Positions 1-12,795 of a DNA stretch of 64,000 bases are shown one piece after another; position 1 is the first letter of the stretch, and every line of letters begins with the position of its first letter. Source of the DNA: Octopus vulgaris (lineage: Eukaryota); the NCBI GenBank assembly GCA_951406725.2, contig OX597821.1, positions 78,864,001 through 78,928,000 of the forward strand, in the 5' to 3' direction. A model generated the notes under the pieces. That model searched no databases. It was not told where the DNA came from and saw only the letters and a list, made by a program, of their open reading frames with translations. The position numbers and the translations under genes were made by a program.

Positions 1-730
1 TACCAAAGCCTCCCCACCAGAAATTACCAAAAACATATAATGAAAAGAAATATAACAATAAACTGCAGAATATGTGGAGATGGACGAGAAACAATAAATC
101 ATATTTTCTCTGGCTGCCCAGTCCTGGCTAAGAAGGAATATATTCACAGACACGACAGAGTTAGGACCTACATACACTTGAAGCTATGCCAACATTATGG
201 AATAACAACAGAAAAAAGATGGTATAGGCACACAACAGAAAAGGTCACAGAAAACGAGAAAGCAACCATACTCTGGGATATGACAATATACACAAACAGA
301 GAAATTATGGCCAACAGGCCAGATATAGTTGTCAGAGATCATGACTAAAAAAAGCTTTCTAATTGATGTATCAATACCAGCAGATGACAACGTGTCTCTA
401 AAAGAAATGGAGAAACTTTCAGAATACATAGACTTGGAAATAGAGGTAACTAGAATGTGGAATCTAAAATCAGACACAATTCCTATCATAGTAGGTGCAT
501 TAGGCATAATAAAAAAATATTCAGACAAATACATAACAAATACACCAGGACTTACAAACATATATAACATACAGAAAATTGCACTACAAGGCACTGCACA
601 CATCCTACGCAGAACACTTTCAATACAGTAACCATCAGAGCATCACAAGAAAGCACAGCACATACCCAAGACACACAGAGCTGCGCTCGGTAGTGAAGTG
701 CAAGAACGCTATAAAAATAAAACTACCGAA
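1..730 (+). mobile_element. R4/Dong-clade non-LTR retrotransposon, 3' end (CCHC finger + restriction-like endonuclease), frameshifted, with 3' UTR
   Basis: ORFs 40-348 and 329-631 give CRICGDGRETINHIFSGC, RHD, RPDIVV and LIDVSIP, the zinc knuckle and PD-(D/E)xK-type endonuclease of R2/R4 elements; followed directly by (AAT)n. Confidence 0.85.
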
Positions 731-759
731 TAATGATAATAATAATAATAATAATAATA

Positions 760-845
<86 letters not shown>

Positions 846-856
846 CAACAACAACA
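730..856. repeat. (AAT)n/(AAC)n microsatellite, tail or target of the Dong element
   Basis: Visible trinucleotide run. Confidence 0.95.
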
Positions 857-1038
857 TCGAAAAACACCTTAGAAATGAGAACCCGGGCACGAAATTTCGC
901 CAAGTGACCTGATGAAAGCTGGAGGGTATATCAGCTGAAACGTTATGTTAACAACAAACAAGATGAGGACAAATATCTGTCAAATGTAAATAATGTAAAT
1001 AATGTGTATAATTCCTCATCTCTGAAATATAGAACTGT
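857..1038 (+). mobile_element. PLE-derived terminal repeat (pLTR) with degenerate hammerhead motif
   Basis: Same sequence recurs reversed at ~58446-58600 next to a PLE N-terminal ORF; contains CTGATGA-a-agctg..cagct-GAAA-cgtt. Confidence 0.65.
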
Positions 1039-1089
1039 ATTATGCTATACTATCGTTATCTGCGGCTGCAACAAATATTCATGAAGGTA

Positions 1090-1310
1090 CGATTTGGATG
1101 AACTGCTATGCTTGCTTCTCGTCCACGCAGGTGCATCAGGGAAACTTAGTCGTTACCTGTCAGATAAATGGAAACTTCTGAACAGGTTTTCGAGGCGCCT
1201 GGCACTATCCTCCAATGCGCTAACCTTACATATTTCCGCCATGCGTCTAAGATGCAATTCCGCTCCCGTGCCAGTTGGAGTACTTTTCCATCATGGCGAT
1301 GTTTCTATAG
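1090..1310 (-). mobile_element. Decayed Tx1-like LINE endonuclease fragment
   Basis: Minus strand reads ..SFHLSDR*RLSFPDAPAWT, resembling RFQLSDRYRLDHPNVPMWTW in the intact Tx1 ORF2. Confidence 0.45.
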
Positions 1311-2272
1311 ATATATATTTTCAATTTAGAGAAAGAAATCGGAACCATACCATTGGATTTACAACTGAAAGGTGAACGATAGCCAATCTCGTCCATTCAA
1401 ATACTACAAACACATGCACATTAGTACAACTAATAGCCAACAACCCCACAGTCTCTTCTCTCTTCTTTCGTTACAAAAGTGAGTTTCCGGTTCCTCAAAT
1501 TGGAACAGCTCTTGTCTACAGCCACTGCACATATTCAAAACTGCTTCTGACAGTCATTTTGATTCTCATCATTTACATTTCCTAAACTCCCGTTTCAGTC
1601 TCATATGACACTCCTTCTTTGCCTCTTTTTTCTTCAGACTTGAACTGAAGCTAATAACAAAATCTAATTTATTCAAAGTACATTTCATATTTACTTTTTA
1701 TGTTATAAATAACAAACTAGGAATAATACACTCAATAATTTCATAGATGATATATAAACGCATTAAACAGAACTGATTGTTGTAAATACAGCCGTAAAAT
1801 ATTGCATTATGATGAACGTTGTTAAATCCATCAGTTGTAATATATTATTTTCAGTGACGAGGATATCTTCATCCGACCAAAACTTTATTATTCTGCAATG
1901 AGAGCAGAAAAGAATGACGACGGCAATAATAATTATCGTATTTATTACAGAGAGAACATCAAGAGTAAGTATTAAATTTCTTTTTCATGTAATCTAAAAT
2001 TAATGTTTGTCGGGGTTTTTTCCTAGATTGCTGCCGCGACAATGACTAAAAGAATTATGAGCACCAATTATTATTGATATAAGTTTGAATTTGATAATCA
2101 AAGTAGAGAGCTGCTGCTTCGTTAGAGATATTCTCTTTCTCGCTGAATATTCACATCTGCAGAACGGCAAATCTTTCTGATTCTACATAATTTTTCTATG
2201 ATGCCCCTATTTTTAGTGGAATAGCCGAGGAAACCACGGATCTCGCATAAATATAGGACGATTTAATCTCGT

Positions 2273-2391
2273 CTACTCCACTAAAATATGGACAGTTTTG
2301 ACCGCGGCTACTCCACTAAAATATGGACAGTTTTGACCGCGGCTACTCCACTAAAATATGGACAGTTTTGACCTCGGCTGCGCCACTAAAA
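2273..2391. repeat. 35-bp minisatellite, about 3.4 copies
   Basis: ctactccactaaaatatggacagttttgaccgcgg at 2273, 2308 and 2343. Confidence 0.95.
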
Positions 2392-2399
2392 GTATACCC

Positions 2400-4950
2400 A
2401 CGCCGTCCATGCTGCAGGAAAAGATAATGGACGTGGGATGGAAAGCATTCGATCGCACCATCCCAGGAATGCAGTAACTATAGAATCAGATCTATAACAC
2501 CCACCCAAAATCAAGGACCTGGAACCTTTCAAAGCAGACCTACTGGGCATCATTCCCAAGCTGAAATTCTGCAAGATCTCTTTCTACTTCCAACATAATC
2601 TCCGGGCTTACGTTAGATTGTTAAAAAACTTAGACAAGTTCCTAATCATTTCTCATAAGACGAAAAACTTATTTAGGAGAGACATATTTGATTACGATAG
2701 ACTACTAGAAAATAATCTCACACAAAATTACAGGCGCGCTTTCCCATTTACATATAACGACATCAAGAGTGAAACCAAGAAAAAAAAATTTAACTAACGG
2801 ACCAGAGATAGCGAATAGGGTAGAGATCCAAGCTAAAATAAACGCCTTCATTGCCATAAAAAATCGTGAACCGATTTTTCCCTCAAATCCTAAATGTCGC
2901 CTGACCAATCCGGCCAACTCCGAGATCGGTGTCGAAGAAGCACATATTGGGAGATATCAATAATGACATAATAATGGCCAACAACTTTCCCCTGTGGCAC
3001 AGCACCAACGAATACACTGCATGGTTTAACACCAACAAGGGAAGAGGCAGAGCAAGTCGACGTTTCCTCGTTTGTGTCGAAAAAGGAATTACTAGCTAAG
3101 GCCCTTTTTTTTCGCTAGGGGCTTCCCTGACCTTAGCCCCTGGGACATGGAAGTCATTATACATGCCAGAAAGACAGTGCTGTTCAACAATGGTTTGGCA
3201 TGTGTCAAGCAATCTGACACCACAGCCTCATTTGGCGTCTTGATGGAAGCCTTCGACAGTATTAACTTAAGCGACCTCATCAGGTCGTATATCCTCGATA
3301 CCCTTAGGAAAAAGTTCCCCTCTGTCCTCTTTGGCCTCTACAGTGATGATACCCTGGCCGTCTCTAGGGGTTTATACGGGCATACACTAAACAGGCTTAG
3401 GAAAGATCTAATCAGCACGCTTGCCTCCATGGGTTTGAAAATCACGATAAAGACCAACTTCACAACTGCGGACTTCTTGGACGTCACGCTAGACTTGGGC
3501 TCCAGGACATACTGACACTGCCGCAAACCAAACGAGAAGTTAACGTACATCACCACAGCCTTCTGCCACCCACCGATCGTGTTCAAAAACCTGGTAAAAT
3601 GTGTTAGTAAGATGACCACGAACCTTTCCTCCAGCTAAGAGGTTTTCGAAGCAGCGGCCCCGTAATATAACGAGACACTGCTAACAGCGGATTTAGGGAC
3701 CGCATCTCCTACATGCCGGAACCCAACAACCGCAAAAGAAAGTGCAGTAGAATTACCATTTTGTTTGCCCCACCCTTCTCTCTTAACACAAAAACACGGG
3801 GGCAGAATATTCCTTAAATTAATACATAATTACTTTATAAGTCGCATAGATATGAGCACATTTTCATCAGACAAAATCTTAGAGATTCGCTTAGCTTTGT
3901 CCCCAATATTAAGAGCATCCTAGTTAGAACCCCTAAGTCTCAGAAAGAGGCAGAGTGTTCATGCAGGTACCGCTCCAGATGCTTTGCTTGGTTTATTTTG
4001 AAAACAAAGGGATCGTGTATAAGGCCGAAGTACTAGCAAACCCTGACAATACCACCGGTAGGACAAGAACAGCCGTAGACACGAGAACAGAACCAGCAAC
4101 ACCGCCGCAGCTAACAACATTAGCAACAATAGCAATAACAGCACCAACGACGGCATTGCCTATTCTCCCGTGAGCATCGACAGCAATAACAACTTTAGCA
4201 ACAACAGCAGCATCGCCACCAGCAACAGAATTACGTCCATTGTAGCAGACGTGACAACCTCTATAGCAGTAGCAACAGCTCGAGTACTCCTGCCAGATAT
4301 AGCGGCAATAACAGCACCAACAGTGATTGTGGCCCTAGCAGAGACAACAGCGAAACGACAGCGAATGACACATCCAACAGAAATGGCAACTCTCCCACCA
4401 ATGATGAAGACCACAGCAAAAAACAACAGCGCCTTCACCATATGCCGCAACCTCGATACCATTACCGATGCCTCCATCACCTCCAGCTACGCCAACACCA
4501 GCACTCACAGCTCCAGCAACAACAATGTCGGTGACACCAATAACACCAACACTAGCAGGTAGGGTTCCGACAAAACATGCCCACGGAGATGCATTGGATG
4601 TTCCGGGAACTCTTTCAAGCAACGTCTCTCCCGCCACAAGTCCTCCTTCAGAGTTCCAGAAAATAGATACCTAACATCACTTGTCAACCACGTCTGTCAA
4701 CTGAGAGACGATAAGTTTCCCTACTCGTTTTCTTGGTAAGTTCTTGAGAACCCTTGCCCCTACATCAACGAGCCGAAGCGTTGCAAGTTATGCATAGCTG
4801 AACACACAAGTATCCTAAAAGACTCACTCGAACCAGGAAACATTCTTAACTACAGAACGGAGATTTTCGGGCCATGTTTATATTTCAGGTTGTTTCTGAT
4901 AGCTTTTGGGGGCCCGCAAGAAAGGGTCACAGCCGGAAGTCGATAGCCAA
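2400..4950 (+). mobile_element. Decayed Penelope-like retroelement (RT + GIY-YIG), Naiad-like
   Basis: PSNPKCRLTNPANSEIG, GLYSDDTL, DFLDVTLDL, CSCR..GIVYKAEV and C-terminal RCKLC..LNYRTE..C motifs spread over broken frames. Confidence 0.8.
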
Positions 4951-5090
4951 TTGGTCCCTTTGAGTTGTGAGGCATTTCCCCTTCCACATTTTCAAGAGCG
5001 CATGGACTAAAAGGTTTTTAAGTTCTAACCCATGAACCGGTCTTCCTCATATATATATTCCGAATTTGTGTGAATGTGTATAGAATATAT

Positions 5091-6108
5091 CATTTGAATA
5101 AACTTAAAACATGGTCTGGCTTTCACGTTTTTATTATGGTAAATTAACATTAAAAAATTATGTTTTGTAATGTTCATACAGTTCAATTAGCGCTTTCATA
5201 CGTTCGTAGTAATTATCAGATTTCAAAATGTATTTAACAGATTTCTTGACAACTGTAGTATTTCTTAGTACTTTTCCAACGAGCTGAATTTTCGGAATAC
5301 GGTTTTGACCAACCCGCATGCAGCTTCTAACTCAAGGTTTACTGGGCTTACCGATTTACTGGCTAAGATCCAGCCTCTATTTTAACCAATTAGGTTGCGG
5401 TTTACATGTAATCGTTTTATGAGCGATCAAACTGAGTTGGCTTCGATCGTATTTATTTCGGTTGGTGGAAGTCTTCTCTAATTTTTTTTATATTCGTATG
5501 TTAAAGGTATTTTTTAATCCACATCATTAACTTGTTGTTATATTATTGTTGATATTTCCGTTCAGAACAGGTTTGAATATTTTAATAAACCGTTTTTCTT
5601 TTATCATTCTTCCAAACTCACTTATGGAAATTAAAATTTAGAAACATTTTCTGGCCAGATGTTTCTATATGTTCGATGAATGGAATTTGGAAACAACAAC
5701 AATATAACAAACAGTTAGCGATGTGGATTTTAAAAACCACCTTTTAGATATAAATAACAGAAGACCCGGCAACAATGGAAATAAAACGATCGAAACTAAG
5801 TTTGTTCACTCCTAAAGCTATTACATGTGAACCGCAAGCGAAATGGTTAAAATAAGTCCGAATCTAAGCCACAAATATCGTTATACTGGGCAAACCATGA
5901 CGTTTAAACTGTATGCAGATTGGTCAAAACTGTACTCCAGAAATTCAATTTGTTAGAGCGTTCTAAAAGACTTCAACTGTTAGTTAAATACATTTAGAAA
6001 TCCGATCATTACTACCAAAAGTATGAAAGCGCTAATTGAACAAACATTTTTGTTAAAATACTATAACAAAAAAGTGAAAACGGGACCATGTTTAACTTTA
6101 TTCAACTG
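5091..6108. mobile_element. Foldback/MITE-like element with ~450-bp imperfect inverted arms
   Basis: catttgaataaacttaaaacatggtc vs gaccatgtttaactttattcaactg; gttcaattagcgctttcatac vs gtatgaaagcgctaattgaac; ttttgaccaa vs ttggtcaaaa; atccacatc vs gatgtggat. Confidence 0.75.
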
Positions 6109-6134
6109 ATTATATATATATATATGTGTGTGTA

Positions 6135-6177
<43 letters not shown>

Positions 6178-6405
6178 GTATACGTATATGAATGTAAGTA
6201 TGTATGTATATGTATGTATGTATATATGTATGTATTATGTATGTATGTAATATGTATGTATATATGTGTTTCTCCTCGGTAGGTTACGAACCGAGGTTAA
6301 AGAGCTTCTACCTGCCCATGAGGAAAGCTATCCCATTCCAAACACCAAACCACCACCCAAACGCTCTATAAAGTGGTCAAATATCGTTCTCCTGTCCCAA
6401 ACAGG

Positions 6406-6518
<113 letters not shown>

Positions 6519-6559
6519 TATACATATAAGAATATATATTTAAAAAATGATATATGCAT

Positions 6560-7430
6560 ATTTACAATATTTGTTGGGTGGCCGTTGACTGCCCATGATT
6601 TCTCCTGACTTTTGACTAATTTTAGTACCACAGAGTGTCCATCGATGTCCCTCCTCACCAACCAAACCTGGTGAGGTCACCAGTTTAGTCACCGATTGCA
6701 TGTTAACAGTAGCACCCAAGAGCGACCTCACATGAGTTTAGCTTGACCATCAATATCTAAAAAAACTGTTGTAATTTATCAACCTGCATGTGGTGCTGCT
6801 TGCACCACCCCCCTAAAAATATTTTCTTAAGAATACTTGAGGTTGTTGATTCTTTTCATCTATCTTAGAAACTCTGTACAAAATTATGGCAATCTGAATA
6901 CAGAAATACATCCGCAAATTCAATGGGCAGCACAAGCATTTGGTGGTTTGGAGTGACCCGTTTGGCGCCAACGATGTATAAATAACAGCAGAAAATTGGC
7001 ACTTTACTAATCGTTTTCCTTGCCCTCCCGGTTGTATTCTTCTGAAACATGGACATGTTATAAAAGATTTCAAATTGTTTGAACAATTCCATCAAAAATA
7101 ACTTCATCCCATTTAAAATATTAAATGGAGTTCTTTTACTCCCAAAACAGATATCCTTACATCTGCAGGCATCACTTCAATTAAAGCAATGATTCTGAAA
7201 AACCAAGTCAGAGGGTCCGGCCATATTGTTCGAATGGCGGATGAATGCATACACAAACAACTGCTTTATGGAAAGCTTGCAAGGGAGAAACGTTTTCGGT
7301 GTAAACCTAAAAAGAGGTTTAAGGATCGCATATGGATTACCATGTAGTCACTTGGAATGGATCCAGAAGATACAGAAACGCTTGCTTCAGATCGAGCCGG
7401 ATGGCTAACAGAAATGTGGAGTGGTGTTGT
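6560..7430 (+). mobile_element. Decayed RTE-clade LINE 3' fragment
   Basis: GHIVRMADECIHKQLLYGKL..KPKKRFKD matches the RTE/BovB C-terminal WxGHVxRM..LYG..PxxRxxD pattern. Confidence 0.7.
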
Positions 7431-7826
7431 TTAGCATAAAACTTTAGTCATTTAACATAAAACTGAAATATTACAGAGTGGCAAATTCTGGACTTCATAT
7501 TCATCATTGCTAATGATTTTCCTTTAAAATGTATTATAATTGTGAAATCATCTTCAAAATGAGTCCCTCAATATGCAATAAGGTATATTTTGCTACTTGG
7601 TTGAAAGATATCGAAGGCGAAACTGATAAATCTAAGACTGTATATATGCATTTGCATATTGAAAAATGTTGCATTATGTCTGTTTGATTCCTATTTGATT
7701 TTACATTCCAAATATTTATTTTCGGTATTGTATTTGTATTTTGCATCTAAACGGCAATGGTAGTTTTTTTTATTTGACCACGCTCTTTATTTCACTTGAT
7801 CTGTAATGACTTTCTCTTTATTTCAG

Positions 7827-7906
7827 ATCAGGACGCAAGACTTAATTTAAATGATGTGGTTATCTACATCTTATTGCAGTAGAATCTGAATTATACTTCA
7901 AATTAT
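7827..7906 (+). other. Candidate first (partly coding) exon of the adhesion GPCR
   Basis: Pyrimidine tract + tttcag acceptor, AT|gtatgt donor; the terminal AT joins the G at 21052 to make ATG. Confidence 0.3.
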
Positions 7907-8044
7907 GTATGTCAATGTATATTTAGATATATGTGTGCGCGCATGATTTGCCTATATACATACGCTTTGAGAAATAAAAATAACATATTTATACTTACAT
8001 TTGAATATGTGTGTGTATGTGTGTGTTTGTGTGTATATAAATAA

Positions 8045-8100
<56 letters not shown>

Positions 8101-8240
8101 TAGTATCTGAGTACTCTACCTCTAGTATCTGAATACTCTTTTTTCCACCTTGTTTCACATTTATGTGCTTACTCCAATATATATATATATACATGAAACA
8201 AAATATATCAAATAAAATTAAAAACGGAACACAAAGGATA

Positions 8241-8335
8241 TTGCGGTACACATGTTTCAAGCTTTATAAACAATCCGTTATTACAACAGTGTATTATTGA
8301 TAAAAAAGATGGTTTAAAGCTCTCTTCAGCAGCAA
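8241..8335 (-). ncRNA. Type I hammerhead ribozyme (extended stem II)
   Basis: Minus: ttgctg-CTGAAGA-gagcttta...taaagctt-GAAA-catgtg-TA-ccgcaa; core intact, one mismatch in stem I. Confidence 0.75.
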
Positions 8336-9330
8336 ACATTGTTAATCCAAAGAATTACATCACAATATAAAAAATATGGAAAGTAGATGTAGTATTACTC
8401 ATTATAATAGGTTTATCATATCTCCTTGAAAAAGTGTATTTGTAAAATTTCCTAACTGTATAAATGTATAAAGATTCATTAGATTTCGAAAATTTGCCCA
8501 TACTGTAGTTTATATTTAATTTTCTTGAATAAGATAGGAAGGAAAATAAGATAGAAAGAAAAAAAGAAAAAAAAAAGAAAAATACAGAGAAAAAAATAAA
8601 AGTTAAAAGTTAAAAAATAAAACTATAAAAAATAAGAAATAAAGAGCAAGAGTACTGGAAGTAAAAGACAATGGAAACAAAAGACAGGTGTAATAAAAGC
8701 AAAAATAGTGAAAAAATTAAAAATAAGGCTAATAAAGTTAGAACCTCATATAAATAAGAATTAGCCAAATAAGAATAAAGTAACAAAAAAAGATTAAAAC
8801 AAAAGAATTGAGAATATAAGGTAGAGTAAGAGATAAAGAGATAAGATACTAAAGGGCTGTGAATAAGATCTTGGCTTGGATGGGTTGGTAGTGGTCATAA
8901 ATAACTTCTTAATTTCGACCACTCGTTGAGGTTATAATTTGATATCGTTGTGATGAATGGTCAGTTTACACAAACCCGCCACTAAAAGTTACTAGCTTTA
9001 CAAGTTTATAATATATGTATATGTGTGTGTATATGCACGTACTCATACACACACATATATATATATAAGCTAACATGCTCGAGCGTATTCAAGTATGCCT
9101 CATTATGCACAGCATTAACTACATGGAATTACACACACATCTCCACACATATCTACAGTTAAACCCTAGTAAACATATACATACACTACTATATCCTTAA
9201 GCATCTGTACAGATATATATATCTATACACACACAAACACACATATCTTATACACACACACACACGCACACACACACACACATATATATATATATACACA
9301 TACATATACACGAACACACACATACATATG

Positions 9331-9367
<37 letters not shown>

Positions 9368-10119
9368 TGGAAGGTTTGGAGATGATGTACAGGTATTATA
9401 TATTAGAAGAAATGAGGTAATCAGAAGATCGGATGGTTTGTATTTATATATATTTATTTATATATTACATTTTACATATATATATCATATCACTTAGTTC
9501 ATTAGTGCTTTCTCCCATTCTAGTGGGGTTTTCAAATGAAAATAAGTTCCTTTGCTGGGGATTTTAATCATTTTATAGTTTCTGGTTGTGGTGGGGAGGA
9601 ATGTAAGACAGTACAAGAGGGTGAGGTGGATGAGGAGGAAGTGAGAAGGAGAACATGTGTGTATGTGAGTATATGTTTGCCTGTGTATTATATATTAATT
9701 TTATGCGTATATATTTATAGCGTATCTTTCCTCATGCCTTTTACTAAATGTTAGTTTTTATCTTCTTTCCTCTTAGTCTTTCTAATTTCTAATTATTCTC
9801 TTTCTTCTGATATCAACCTCACTTTTGCCTCTTTTTCTGCTCTATCTATCATTCTTTCACTCCCACCACTTTCTCCACTGCACCGAATGCATTTGCCGTA
9901 CATCACAACAGATTTTTTATATGCGCACCGTTAAACTGACTGTGTACCCCTCCCTCATCCTTATCCCTTTTATACTTAACTCTCCGTTATTTTCTCTTTC
10001 TCTCTTAATTTCTTCACTCTTCTTTCTTTATTATATTCTTCTTCTTCTTCTTCTTCTTCTTCTTCTTTGTCTACTTTTCTTTTCATTTCTTTACACATCT
10101 TTTCCTTTTATTATTACTG

Positions 10120-10465
10120 TGTTTTTATTAACCTTTTACTTGTTTCAGTCATTTGACTGTGGCCATGCTGGAGCACCGACTTTAGTCGAGTTAATCGACC
10201 CCAGGACTTACTCGTTGTAAGCCTAGTATTATTCTATCGATTTTGCCGAACCGCTAAGTTACGAGGACGTAAACGCACCACCATCGATTGTTGTCAAGAA
10301 ACACATACATATACACACATACATAGATATATATACAAATATACGACGAGCTTCTTTCAGTTTCCGTCTACCAAATCCACTCACAAAACTTTGGTCGGCC
10401 CGAAGCCATAGTAGAAGACACTTGTCCAAAGTGGCACGCAGTGGGACTGAACCCGGAACCATGTA
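10120..10465 (-). mobile_element. tRNA-derived SINE, 5'-truncated
   Basis: Reverse copy of the 32140-32520 SINE (ggttccgggttcagtccc B-box-like; ..cagtcaaatgactgaaacaagtaaaag tail). Confidence 0.75.
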
Positions 10466-10874
10466 ACTTCTATTATATGAATTTTAATCATTGGCGATTA
10501 CTTTTTTTTATTTTCTTTTATTTTTGACATATTCTATTACATCCAGTAAAGTATTTAGCTTGATTTTACACAAAATATTTCGATTCACCTATTGTTTATA
10601 TTAATTTTCCCACTACGGTAAAACCCTTCCGGCAGCGCTGTTTTAAAATTAGTTACCCATGTAGATTTAAATGCTTAATCGATGAACTGGTATCCACGAA
10701 AAAATTTATATATACTTGCAATTTCTAAAATTTCATTATTCTGTATTATCACAAATTTCTGATTAATGGGTCATATGCAGCTTAATAACAGCTTTTTCGG
10801 CCCTCATGCAATTTACACTGCATCCAGTATTTCAGTACTAATTTCCCGCCTTTTTGCATCTTTGCGTTTAGTTG

Positions 10875-10927
<53 letters not shown>

Positions 10928-11032
10928 CATACACGCGCACACACACACACAAGCACAAATACAAACATACATCCACACAAACACATACGCATAGATACAC
11001 AGATTTACATATACACAAACGACTGCGTGCGC

Positions 11033-11895
11033 ATACGATCTGCTTTCCAGAAGTTTTGAATCTTTTTTGAGGTGAATCAGTTATAACTGTCCATCTTAGA
11101 CAATTGTGATTTTAGTATGCCGTAAATATCTATCTGATAGGATGAGGTGCCATCATTCGGTATTTTAGCTTGAAGGAGATGACAGCTCTGTGAACTCACC
11201 CTACTAAACACTGCTTGTCCCAACAGATTACCTTGGTGAATGCAGCCGGAACGAGAACAAAATTTGGAAACTGGCTATGCGATGACGTTTAGTATTAAAC
11301 TGGGTAAAAAAACGCTACAGAAATATTTTAAATGCTCGAGAATACATATGGATTTAGTTGGATGAACTTAACACCTGTTTTTCGTTAGCCCAGGAAAAGC
11401 TAGTCGCTTTGGAAGTTCATCATGATCCCATTTCTCAACAGCAAGGGTATCATCTGTAGCTACAGGGCTCCCTCTGGACAGGAAATCAAGACTAAGTAAT
11501 CTGTAGAGGGTTTCAGGGAGTTCAGGATAAAGTTTCTTCTGAAAAGGCCGGAGCATCAGTCCCAGAACAATACAGCACTTCATAATTCCATACTGGTAAC
11601 CAACCATCTGATAGATTTTGGGATCTAAACTATCCTTCACCCTTCCTAAAGTTCCCAAGCTGAATGAAAACCTCAGAAGCAATCATCATTTTGAAGACAT
11701 TAAGAAGATGAAAGAAGCTGTGACAAGAATCCTGGATAGCATCACAGTGGAAGACTTGCATAGGGCCTTCACCAATTGCTTGGAGTGCTACAACCACTGC
11801 ACTGACATTGGAAGACATTAGAGTTTTGGATTTCTTTAAAATTAATAAAAAACTCTCCCCAAAAGATCTCCAAACTTCTGAATGCTCATTTCATG
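11033..11895 (+). mobile_element. Decayed mariner DNA transposon
   Basis: N-terminal ..KLGKK.TEIF.ML..YG and C-terminal PKLNENLR..HFEDIKKMKEAV..LHRAF..CYNHC..G transposase remnants; imperfect terminal inverted repeats (cagaagttt / aaacttctg). Confidence 0.65.
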
Positions 11896-11919
11896 CGTAC
11901 ATACATGCATACATTTGTA

Positions 11920-11952
<33 letters not shown>

Positions 11953-12017
11953 GCACACACACACATATATAGCAAGAGACAGAGATAGAGTGAGTATTAC
12001 ATATATAGATATATTTG

Positions 12018-12052
<35 letters not shown>

Positions 12053-12720
12053 GTAATATGTAGATTTGTGTATGTGTGCGTTTGTTTAATATATTTGTAA
12101 GTATGTATGTAATATGTTTATATATATATATATGTATAGTATATATATATATATATATATATGTTATATAAATATGCATATATATATACGTATGTGACAT
12201 GCATACATCTATATGTTGATATAAATGTAAGTAATGTATACGCATTTATTGCGTGGGTGTAAATGTAAGCATGCTTATATATGTGTTTACATGTTCATAT
12301 GCAAGTATAAGACTAGATTTTCGTAGGTTTAAAATCTATTGATCTATATTTTGTGTCCCTTATGATCTAACTTATGTATTTCACAAATAGAGAACGATAA
12401 AATGGGTGTCTCGCTGAAACCGACGAGATCGACTAACACTTTTAGGCGCCACCATATCATGGCTACAGTCCATCGACAGAAACCTATAAAACACACATTT
12501 TCAAAGAGATTTAACTTGAAATAATTCTTCTCTAGACTAAAAAAATATTTTATCGTTTCAGACTTTTAACACAAATTAAAAATAAAGTTAGATTCACTTT
12601 TATGATATCTTATGATAATCATATATTTTATTAAATATCAGGATATTTTGTTGCACATTTTCTTTATGATCTTTCGCACTACTTCACCAGACCCGAGACG
12701 AAATATTTTGGTAAATGGTA

Positions 12721-12795
<75 letters not shown>

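Noticed and set aside
1951-1964. 14-nt micro-exon candidate (ttacag|AGAGAACATCAAGA|gtaagt)
   Set aside because: Good splice signals but no coding or other support; could be a 5' UTR exon or chance
2273-2391. CRISPR-like array
   Set aside because: Units are contiguous with no spacers, and the context is eukaryotic
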